In this document: positions 38,086-52,700 of the stretch, in pieces
How the letters are laid out: each line of letters starts with the position of its first letter
How positions within the stretch are numbered: the first letter of the stretch is position 1
NCBI RefSeq assembly: GCF_964355755.1
Contig: NC_092674.1
Span: 30,380,001-30,444,000, forward strand
Direction: 5' to 3'
Length of the DNA: 64,000 nucleotides
DNA from: Antedon mediterranea
Lineage: Eukaryota; Animalia; Echinodermata
Notes under the pieces: model-generated
Told to the model about the DNA's origin: nothing
What the model saw: only the letters and a program-made list of their open reading frames with translations
Database searches by the model: none
Program-made: the position numbers and the translations under genes

Positions 38086-39108
38086 GGTTGTACTTTAAAA
38101 AAAAAATATCATTATAAATAGTTGTGAAATTTACTATGTGATTGGTGGTGGCCTAAGGGCGACACGTTAAATGCAAATTAAACAGCTCAGAAGACATGTT
38201 ATTGTTATAGAAATAAAAATAATAATATTAAACATATGATATATTAATATAAATTTTTTTTTAAAGTAGCGCAATTTATTTATCCCATTGAAAACTTTTG
38301 AATTGAGCGAATTAATTTGTCTAGTGGCCAGAAAACAGACTTTACGGTGCTACCCAATGTAGTTATTTCTACTTAGCAAAAATACCTCTGCCCTTTGCGT
38401 TATTTTTACTCTGCGCACAGCAGACAAAACGGTGCCTGGATATGTTATTGTTTATGCCACCTTTTGGTTGGCTGGGCTTGGCTGCTGGTGGGGAAAAATT
38501 AATCAATGAATTTCGTTTATTATTCTCCTTCTTACAACAACAAACTGATCTATCTGTCTAGGCTCTAATCATCACAGATTTACAGTAGGATATTTACTGA
38601 TTACTCAAAATATACTTACATAAACAAGTAAGGAAGGTGTTTAGGACGGACTCGATCAATACCTTCCTGCTCAAAGACAGCAGAAACAGAAAGAAAGGAG
38701 GAAAGTGCGTGTGTTGTGCCGGTTTTTGGTGTCGCGGGAAAATCCTTTTGTGAGGGCGCTGTTTTGCTCTTACAAGTTTGGGGAGAGATGCCAAAACGTT
38801 TTTAATTGTTTTATTTGATGAGTTTTAGAATAATTATTATAAAGAAGATTATAATGATGAACACTAACTATTGAGGAAAAAAGTTTGCGTCGCGTGGCAT
38901 ATAATATGATGATGCAGCAGCATCAGTAACGCGGCTGCACAATAAAAACAATTATTTTATAAAACGCGCCCCTGGGCATTACGTCACGAAACAGTTTCTC
39001 GGACTCTACCACTTTTAGAAGGGGATGAGTTAGCAGATTGTGGTAGATGTCATAAAGCCTTCTAAATTAAAAATATATATTGAAAATTAATTGCATTTTG
39101 CATCAACT

Positions 39109-41976
<2,868 letters not shown>

Positions 41977-41984
41977 TGTCTATC

Positions 41985-42105
41985 AGTGTCATGTCATTGC
42001 ATGTTGGTGTCATGTCAGCGTCATTCCAGCGTCATGTTGGTGTCATGTCAGTGTCATGTCAGCATCATGTCATGTCAGTGTCATGTCGACATCATGTCAG
42101 TGTCT
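41985..42105. repeat. Low-complexity (GTGTCATGTCA)-like repeat in the PTGR2 3' UTR
   Basis: Repeated TGTCATGTCAG motif just after the stop codon. Confidence 0.7.
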
Positions 42106-43316
42106 TGCAAGCTTTACTGCGCACAGTTAACCTTTAAAGAGAATCAATAAAATGCCAAGTGTTATTACATTATTGAAGCAACCATAAATTGTTTCAGATA
42201 CTTGTACAACACCATTCCTCAACTTTTATACAAATTACAACCATGTAACTTAAATGCCAACACCTTGCTCAAGTTTCAAAATTTTAAAATTCAATTGATA
42301 TTATGTCTGGCTGCAACAAATGTTAACTGTACCATGTACATATCCTCCATGGTGCATGGTGTCTGTTATGGACGTGGAACTGTTGTGTTGCAGCCACAGA
42401 TAAACTCTGTGATCTCCGGAGCTCAGCATCCTGATGTTAGATTGCCTTGGTTAAATGAATAGGATACTGGATTAATTAAGTGAAATCTGTACTGATACTG
42501 TGCATTGTGATGATGTACTAGTTCAGCATTCGTCCAAGACGAGATTTGTTTCTGTACTGCCATTATTACCAGTCTTGCCTAGAATTCCTTTAAAATATAG
42601 AAGTCATATTTTTGTACTTCCTACAAATTATAACTGTACAGAATTAGATTAACAAAGTTAGAATTAGTGAAGAAATGTCAATTTACTATATAATCATTGT
42701 TTTCCAGTGTTGTTCCAAAATATATTTTGTATAAGTAATAAAGCCAAAGTTTGAATGTATTCTGGGTGTGCTACAAATGGAAACACAGGGTTTTGCAGGC
42801 AGACCCCACTTTGCCAAATTCTGCCTACGGTTCTGTACATGATAGCTGAGCTAGCAGGGTATACAATTGTCATCTTTATAGTTGAATTTATTGTAACAAA
42901 CTACTTATTTATTATACTGTAAAAGTAAAATTGTTTCGTAAAGTTGTTTTGATCCAATTTCAGTTTGAAAATGTCAAGTTTCTCAATTTTGCATTGAAAA
43001 CTATGAGTTTTCCACTGTGATCAAATGTCACCCATTTATAAAGTTAGGATGCTTTTGGGTTGAATCCTTGATACCAATTAAAGAAATCCACAAATCAGTT
43101 ACAAATAAGTGTTTTATTGTCATATATATACCTTATTTAGATACAAAGCCATCTGTTTATAATCTATAATGTTATCGTAATCCAGGACATGGTCATAATT
43201 TGAGATACAGAAATAGTGTTAATATTCCTCATGATCCCTTATTAGGGAATAAACTGGTGAACTTGTGTGTTTTATTTACAAATGTTACATATTCATGATT
43301 TGAAGTCTGTAAACTT

Positions 43317-46300
43317 TTACATATTCATGGCTTCAAGTCCGTCTTCTAAAAATCGTTTATAAATGCTCATAAATTTAGCGACAAACGCTTCTAGGTGATA
43401 AATGACTTTGCTGCCCATTTGAAGTCTGTGTTCATAAAACGCTGCAATTTGCGTAATCTCTGATTTCAGTTGACCATCACAATTAGTGATTAGTTCCTTC
43501 AATAAAGCCTGTGAAAATATACAACAATTTCATTAACTACCCCCATAATCAAATGGTACAATCAACAATTTTGAACAAGTTCCTAAGAATACTATTCTAT
43601 ATTACAAGGAAAATAAAATTTTACAAATGATTTACCTTTATAATAATATCAGCCGGAATACAATGTGTTAATAGTTCATAGAGACGACCTCTGACCTCTA
43701 ATAACATTTTCGGACTCTGTTCCTGAACAATCTTATTGGCTGTTTCCCTTAGGAATACCTCCCAGTCTGGTTCTTGTACCTCTTGCTGTGCACTAAATGG
43801 ATACCTGGAATACAGGAGAACTTGGTAAATGATTTGATATGCTTAACCCTTTAAGCTCTGTCTACAAACTAGTTTGACAAAAAGTGTGATGTGCCCAAAT
43901 ATGGTAGTTATATGACATCATTATATATGGGCATATCACATTTTTTGTCACAAAGTTTTATAGTGTAGACAGAGATCATTTTGATGCATTGGAATGTTAT
44001 CAGTTTCCAACAATTCAAATGTTAACTTACTGCTGCACTCTGCAAGCTTCACACATAAGAATGGCACGACGTAGATTTCTGCCAGACTTCTCTGCAACTC
44101 TTCTGGCCAGTTCTATCGGGAGTGTTAATCCTTCTTTTTTACAAATCGTTTGCAAGATTTGAGAGATCTGCAGATTAGAAAAACTAGTATTAAGGGTCTT
44201 TCACACGTGCCGGAACAGGTGTGATAGGCTCTTAAGTCAGCGACTGGAGATATTGCGAATTTCAATAAATATCTCCAAGATAAATTATGAATTACTGTAT
44301 CAACACAAAAATGTACAAACCTCATCAAGAGATGGCGCTGCAACCCTTACACCGAGGCATCTACTTCGAATAGCAGGAATGACCTTGCTAGTTGAGTTAC
44401 TACAGAGGATTAGACGACACGTTGACATGTACTTCTCCATCGTACGACGCAATGCATGCTGGGCATCTTTTGTTAGTCTGTCAACCTCGGTCAGGATTAC
44501 CACTTTAAAATAAAATTACTTTGACAAATAATCTTACCATGATTAATATTTAATACTTGGATGGTCAAATGTACTCTTTAAAGTTCTTTTTTAAACATAA
44601 AGCTTTGTCTACACTATCAAACTAGTTTGACCATGTGCCCAAATATGGTAGTGATATGCCAAAAAGTAGTAGTCAACGTTTCCATATATGGGCACATCAC
44701 ATTTTTGTCACATAAAGTTTGATAGTGTAGACAGAGCTTTAGACAGCACACAAACAAACATTACTATACATATATTATTCAAGTTTTAAGGCTTCAGGGA
44801 CATTTTTTACTAAAACTTTTAAAAACTAGAATATTTACAAGTGTGAAAATATCAGTTCACAACACAGTAGTTAGACTTTCTTTATAAAGAATATATTTAC
44901 CTTTGAATTCTCTTTGAGCAGACGACTCAAGTTGTTGCGTTTGTGCTACTGTCTTTATCAACTCTTGAATTACCACTCTATCTTGTATTCCAACATCACT
45001 AACATAAATACAGAAGAACAGTATTTAAAATGGTATGTGGACTAGCAGGCCTACTTTAACACCAAAATATGGAACCAGCTACTGTTGCAAATCAACCATA
45101 TCAGAATATGATTTTGATTTGAATTTATTAGGAAAATCATCATAAAAAATACAAACAAAGTGATAACATAAATTACTGACATTACAAATAATACATTTAT
45201 AAAAGATTTTCCAGGATAGCCAAAAAAGCTTATCAGCTTATTTCCATTGGGATCCTTTTATAATCTAAAATAAAAAATATAAAAATTATTGCATCAAACA
45301 CAAAAATATAACAAAAACAATAATATAATAAAAAAAAAAAAGTTAAATTAAAAGACTATGATTGACTTATAGTTATTGCTTACCTTGGGTTGACCTCTAT
45401 GTGGTAATTACTTGCAATAGTTGTGATTTCAATCTTCTTTTTAGATGGTGTCTGCAAAAATGGCACAATATTTTTAATTTAACAAAAATTATTTGAAAAA
45501 AATTCAAGCTATGTTTAATAATGCCACGTTTAATAATGCCACACAGGATAACAACCTAAACTACAAGATTCACTCCATGTTGCAAGATAGATTTACTCCA
45601 TGTTGCAAGATTCACTCAAGTTGCAAGATTCACTAAATTTTGCAAGATTCACTAAATTTTGTAAGATTCACTTCAGTTGCAAGACTCACTCCATTTTGCA
45701 AGATTTACTCAAGTTGCAAGATTCACTCAAGTTGCAAGATTCACTACAAGTTGCAAGATTCACTACATTTTGCAAGATTTACTACATTTTGCAAGATTCA
45801 CTCAATCACAAGATTTACTCCAATCACTCAATCATAAGATTCACTTCAATCACTCAAATTGCAAGATTCACTCCAATCATATATCATATGGAATACTCAC
45901 TGTGAAAGTCTGGTGTTCAATACGAAGCTTCTCAACACCTGTGCCATATACCTCTCTAAGCAAACACATAATTCGTGTCTTTTTCCCAGCACCAGAAGGT
46001 CCATATACAAGAAGATGAGGAAAATCTCCACGATTTACCTAAAAAAAACCTAAAAATAAATATCCATCTCTTTCTTTTTTTTTTTAATATTAAAATACAA
46101 TCATAAATCTAATATCAAATTATTAATAATATTAATAGGCCTAGGCTACTTATTAAAATAATTTTTTTTAAAACATTTTGTCTCTATTCTAAAGATTGGC
46201 CAACATAAATCAATTCAAGATCCGTATGTCTCAAGGCCCAAATAATTCTAGTGACCTCAATGATCCACCGAGATTAGCCGGCCATAAATGCTTCTCTCTC

Positions 46301-46534
46301 TCTTTACAAATTTCTACACAACAAAAGTCTAGGCCTAGCATATATCAGCCCCAGGTACTAGTGAGGCCTCCTAGCCTAGCTAGTAGCCTCCTACTAGAAG
46401 GCCTAGCCTAGGCCTAGTGTTTGAAATGGTACAAAACATTAAATTACCAATTTCTTTAAATTAGCTGCTTGGTTTTTATGATAATCCAACTTCGAAAGAG
46501 AAGTTGGACGATATTTATCAACCCATAAACTCAT
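43317..46534 (-). CDS. RFC3: Replication factor C subunit 3
   Basis: [10 protein letters not shown] (exon 46448-46534), Walker [71 protein letters not shown] and [22 protein letters not shown]. Confidence 0.96.
43854..43975. mobile_element. Family A MITE
   Basis: AGCTCTGTCTACA...ATAGTGTAGACAGAG. Confidence 0.75.
44601..44738. mobile_element. Family A MITE
   Basis: AGCTTTGTCTACACTATCAAAC...GTTTGATAGTGTAGACAGAGCT. Confidence 0.8.
45562..45880. repeat. Minisatellite (~19-21-bp TTGCAAGATTCACT core) in RFC3 intron 2
   Basis: About 15 imperfect units, ending ~20 bp from the exon-2 donor. Confidence 0.85.
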
Positions 46535-46755
46535 CTTTATATCGAAAAACAACAAATCTTTTAAAATTATTCCTTATGTACCGAATTTCGCGCGTTTTCC
46601 TTCCGATCAACTAAAAACGTAGGAGGTATAGATTTGGTACACAATTGGTACCCAAATAGGGTTGTAAATTTTTGGGAAACGACCAATCGCGGATCATTTT
46701 ACGATTTCCGATAGATGGTTTATTCATGTACGACGTGTGTGCTTAATCCGAGAGG
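46535..46755. promoter_or_regulatory. Compact bidirectional promoter region for RFC3/TDRD3
   Basis: 221 bp separate the divergent ATGs; contains E2F-type TTTCGCGC (46586-46593) and CCAAT (46683-46687). Confidence 0.7.
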
Positions 46756-49700
46756 ATGGAAGACACGCTAGCAAAGAAAGGATGGTAAGATACGATTTTA
46801 CTTATGTTAAAGATGATTTTTTATTGATTATAGATTAAGAATAATTAATGTATAATTTCAATAACCAATACAAACGATTTGATTGTTTAAACTTGCACTG
46901 TATACATTTTTACTTTGAGTTCAAGCTAGGCCTAGCCCAGTCCTAATTCTGGATTTTCCCGCAGCCGGTTTGCGGTATATTTATACCTTCTAGGCCTAGA
47001 TCCTATTTTACGGGCCGTCTGTGTGGGTATACAATTTATGTAGGTCATAGGCCTAGCTCAGAAATAATGTTTCATCTTCACAATTTTGTATTAAAGAAAT
47101 ACTTATAAATTCTTAAATAAAACTTAAATGTTAAAATATTATTAAACGTTTTACTTAAAAAAAAGTGATTTGTTGTTTGTTTGACCTGTCCTATGTAACG
47201 TTTAAATTTATATTATATTTAATATTAATATGATTTCACTTTCTCAGGCACCTAACTGCTAATGGAATACAGAGATGTAAAGATGGCCTTCCAGTTGGGA
47301 ATGCAGAAGCAGTAATTAAGAATGCACTTAATGTAAGTAACTGGTATAAATTAAGAATGCACTCAATGTAAGTAACTGGTATAAATTAAGAATGCACTCA
47401 ATGTAAGTAACTGGTATAAATTAAGAATGCACTTAATGTAAGTAACTGGTATAAATTAAGAATGCACTCAATGTAAGTAACTGGTATAAATTAAGAATGC
47501 ACTCAATGTAAGTAACTGGTATAAATTAAGAATGCACTCAATGTAAGTAACTGGTATAAACTAAGAATGCACTCAATGTAAGTAACTGGTATAAATTAAA
47601 AATGCACTCAATGTAAGTAACTGGTATAAATTAAGAATGCACTCAATGTAAGTAACTGGTATAAATTAAGAATGCACTCAATGTAAGTAACTGGTATAAA
47701 TTAAGAATGCACTCAATATAAGTAAAATGGTATAAACTAAGAATGCACTCAATGTAAGTAACTGGTATAAATTAAGAATGCACTCAATGTAAGTAACTGG
47801 TATAAATTAAGAATGCACTCAATGTAAGTAACTGGTATAAATTAAGAATGCACTCAATATAAGTAAAATGGTATAAACTAAGAATGCACTCAATGTAAGT
47901 AACTGGTATAAATTAAGAATGCACTCAATGTAAGTAACTGGTATAAATTAAGAATGCACTCAATGTAAGTAACTGGTATAAATTAAGAATGCACTCAATG
48001 TAAGTAACTGGTATAAATTAAGAATGCACTCAATGTAAGTAACTGGTATAAATTAAGAATGCACTCAATGTAAGTAACTGGTATAAATTAAGAATGCACT
48101 CAATGTAAGTAACTGGTATAAACTAAGAATGCACTCAATATAAGTAAAATGTTATAAACTAAGAATGCAGTCAGTGAAATATGTAAGTAAAGACATACAT
48201 TAAAAAATGCACTCAGAGTACAGAACATATTACCAAAGTAAAAATCTTTATTAACAGTCACATGATGTGAATTCATTTTATTTTTACATGTTTTATTGTA
48301 GATTGATTTACGTCACATTGGAGATAAGTTCCTTCCAGTTGACATCAATAAAGGCAAAGTTGATACTGTGAGTTGCACTGGAATGTTGTGTTTTAGGCCT
48401 GCCCCTAAATTAAGTAGAATATCCCCACTTCTCAATTGTAACGTCAGGCTTAAATCTCACCAGATTACATTTCACTCTTGCCTGGTCTTATTAAACCAAT
48501 ACTGTACTTCTTGTAATCACATTATTAATAGTTTAGTTTGGATTTCCTACAGTACCAGCAAGAAGTGTCGTAATGGCTGTGATAGCTCATTGACTAAACC
48601 CAGGGCTCCAGAGCTTATGGGACACTGAGCAGTGCCCAGAGTATTAAAATATGTTGAAAAGGCTAAAAACGGCTGAAGCCTCCAGCGTTAGAGGGCCACT
48701 TAGGTTTCCTAAACCGGGCCCTTTAGGCCTTTGTATTACACCAATGCCAGCAAGTTGAGTAACTGCAATGTCATAACTTAATTCGAGTATTACCATTTCA
48801 AATTAGTTGCAAGGACCATGTGTACTACAAGTATTGAAGGTTAGGAATATTGCTGCACCTAAGATTAATGAAGGGTCAACCTTTGCCCCGAGGATGCTCA
48901 GACTCCAGTTGACCGATGGACATTCAACTTGCTCTGCTTTAGAAATTGAAAATATACCAAAAATTAAGTATGAACTTACTTTGTTATTTTGTAATAATAC
49001 TTTGAGAAATCTACTACAGTTGTGCTTAAATTAAATTTTTGATAAAACAATCTAATAAATGAAATGCGTTAGATGCTCTAATTGACCATCATTTAGAAAA
49101 TGAATAGATATAATTATTTGTTATTGCCATATCCCCAATAGAATTGATGGTCTAATCCCACTCCCTACTTTATGTCTGATTTCACAAACAGGCATATCCC
49201 TGGGTTAAGTCCCATTAATGACTTTTGCATGTGGGCTCTAGCCAGTTCAGATGAGTTTTTAAAAGAAATGCTTACCAATAATTTATTTCCTGAACTAAGG
49301 TTTCCACAGGTATAGTCCCACCCCCGCGGTGGTGGGTGTGTTGAATTCTACCAGAAGTTATACGGTATATAGTAATGTTAATCAGACTACTTCAGTTTAT
49401 TTCAAGTTTATTGTTGCACAAAATACAATATACAGAACATTTAAATTAATAAATATAATTGTGTGAGGAGGACGCATTAAGCCAAGGATTTAATAATTAG
49501 GATATGTATGTATTATCTCTACAGCATTGACACAGGTCCTGGAACCAAACTACTACTTACTGGCTGTATTTCACTTCAGAAAGGGATGCTTTTACTCAAT
49601 AGTGGTAATACTAAAAACCTAGGTGGCAGAGTGGAAGAATTGTATTCAAAATGGCTGCTTGCAAAGGTAATAACTGTCGGATATTTGTGTCTTTTAATTA

Positions 49701-52700
49701 TGTCTGTCATTTCAGGAATTGATAATTGTATTATTATTGATAACTAAGTTCAACTAAGTTCTCATCTAAGTTCTAACTAAATTGTCAACTAAGTTGTCAA
49801 CTAAGTTCTAACTAAGTTGTCAACTAAGTTCTAACTAAGCTGTCAACTAAGTTCTAACTAAATTGTCAACTAAGTTCTAAGTTGTCAACTAAGTTCTAAC
49901 TAAGCTGTCAACTAAGTTCTAACTAAGCTGTCAACTAAGTTCTAACTAAGTTGTCAACTAAGTTCTAACTAAGTTGTCAACTAAGTTCTAACTAAGCTGT
50001 CAACTAAATTCTAACTAAGCTGTCAACTAAGTTATAACTAAGTTGTCAACTAAGTTCTAACTAAGTTGTCAACTAAGTTCTAACTAAGTTGTCAACTAAG
50101 TTCTAACTAAGCTGTCAACTAAGTTCTAACTAAGCTGTCAACTAAGTTCTAACTAAGTTGTCAACTAAGTTCTAACTAAGTTGTCAACTAAGTTCTAACT
50201 AAGTTGTCAACTAAGTTCTAACTAAGTTGTCAACTAAGTTCTAACTAAGTTGTCAACTAAGTTCTAAGTTGTCAACTAAGTTCTAACTAAGCTGTCAACT
50301 AAGTTCTAAGTTGTCAACTAAGTTCTAACTAAGTTGTCAACTAAGTTCTAACTAAGTTGTCAACTAAGTTCTAACTAAGTTGTCAACTAAGTTCTAACTA
50401 AGTTGTCAACTAAGTTCTAACTAAGCTGTCAACTAAGTTCTAACTAAGCTGTCAACTAAGTTCTAACTAAGTTGTCAACTAAGTTCTAAGCTGTCAACTA
50501 AGTTCTAACTAAGTTGTCAACTAAGTTCTAACTAAGCTGTCAACTAAGTTCTAACTAAGCTGTCAACTAAGTTCTAACTAAGTTGTCAACTAAGTTCTAA
50601 CTAAGTTGTCAACTAAGTTCTAACTAAATTGTCAACTAAGTTCTAAGTTGTCAACTAAGTTCTAACTAAGTTGTCAACTAAGTTCTAACTAAGTTGTCAA
50701 CTAAGTTCTAACTAAGTTGTCAACTAAGTTCTAAGTTGTCAACTAAGTTCTAACTAAGCTGTCAACTAAGTTCTAAGTTGTCAACTAAGTTCTAACTAAG
50801 TTGTCAACTAAGTTCTAACTAAGTTGTCAACTAAGTTCTAACTAAGTTGTCAACTAAGTTCTAACTAAGCTGTCAACTAAGTTCTAACTAAGCTGTCAAC
50901 TAAGTTCTAACTAAGTTGTCAACTAAGTTCTAACTAAATTGTCAACTAAGTTCTAACTAAGTTGTCAACTAAGTTCTAACTAAGCTATCAACTAAGTTCT
51001 AACTAAGTTGTCAACTAAGTTCTAACTAAGCTGTCAACTAAGTTCTAACTAAGTTGTCAACTAAGTTCTAACTAAGCTGTCAACTAAGTTCTAACTAAGT
51101 TGTCAACTAAGTTCTAACTAAGCTGTCAACTAAGTTCTAACTAAGCTGTCAACTAAATTCTAACTAAGTTGTCAACTAAGTTCTAACTAAATTGTCAACT
51201 AAGTTCTAACTAAGTTGTCAACTAAGTTCTAACTAAGCTATCAACTAAGTTCTAACTAAGTTGTCAACTAAGTTCTAACTAAGCTGTCAACTAAGTTCTA
51301 ACTAAGTTGTCAACTAAGTTCTAACTAAGCTGTCAACTAAGTTCTAACTAAGTTGTCAACTAAGTTCTAACTTAGTTCTAAATAAGTTACAGTAAGTTCT
51401 CATCACCCTATCTCACATACATGTTTTTGTGTTTAAAATGTCTATGTATATATCTATAAATAGTATGTATATTTTCAACAATGTTTTTAAGAGAGTTTTT
51501 ATTATTTTCTAACTATTGTTAGAGTTTAGCATCACACAGTAGATCAACTAGACAAGATGGTGGCCCGCCTTCCTGGGTTCAGTTTGGTCAAGGTGGTGTT
51601 CAAATAGGTGTGCAGCGGATGGGAGGAGGTAGAAGAGGTATGCCAATTTTGACTCATCAACATTTTACATTTTATTCATTTCATCTAATGTCTGAAAAGT
51701 TCCTACTTTCTTTTAATAATATTTTTAATTTGTCCCAAAATATTTATGAATATAGTACTAAATCTCTGTCTACACTATCAAACTTTGTATGAAAAAAAAC
51801 CATGATGTGCCCATATGTGGACATGATGATGTCATATCACTACAATATTTGGACACATCACACTTTTTTGGTTCAAACTAGTTTGATAGTATAGACAGAG
51901 CTTAAGGTCAAAACTGAATCTAGAAGAAGAATAGTTTTATAAGATAATAAAATTAATCCACGTTTATTCATTCAGGTCTGAAAAAATCATTAGAATCGCA
52001 AAGAGAACACACAGAACTTGACAAAGAGTTTGAAGAACAGAGAAAGGCTGCGATTCAGGAACTAACTAAAAAGAAACAAGACAAGTCCTTAGGCCTAGGA
52101 AAAGTAAATATGGCGGCGGACAGGGGACGGCAGAAGGAGAACAGAAACAGTGGTCCAGTGGACCGTAATAGTAGGGAGGCTGCTACGGGCAAGTTCCAGA
52201 AGTTAAAACCTGAAGGGATATATAGAGAACTTAATTACAAGCCGAGCGTAGTAAGTACTTTTAAGTTTGTTTGTTTCATTTACAAAATAGAGCAGATATT
52301 TATAATTTAGAAAAAAAAAGATAAAAATAGGTAGTAATTACTTTAAGCATTGACCACCTGAGCAGTTGGCGACATGACAAGAATACTAAGAACTATATTT
52401 ACAAATATATATATATATATATATATAAAGAAAAAACAACATTAACATTTGAATATATGAATACCATTTCATTATAGAAATTGTTTTTAACAACCTCATC
52501 GCAATCATATCAGCATCAGAAAATATGTATATTTATTATGATAAAACTTGTAAACAAACTAGACATTATTTTGCCTGTCTTAAAATACATCAAGAACAAG
52601 ATTTGTATATCAAACATGTTGGGCCATCATTTCTAGATTGAATAGTACTGTACTATAAAAAATCTAACGTTAGAGTTCACCCTCTAGCCAACCATAGAGA

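Noticed and set aside
45600-46053. Overlapping ORFs with LQDSL/ARFT repeats
   Set aside because: They arise from a minisatellite in an RFC3 intron and from the antisense strand of RFC3 exon 2.
47314-51380. 35-bp and 23-bp arrays as CRISPR arrays
   Set aside because: Units are head-to-tail with no unique spacers, there are no cas genes, and the context is a eukaryotic intron.
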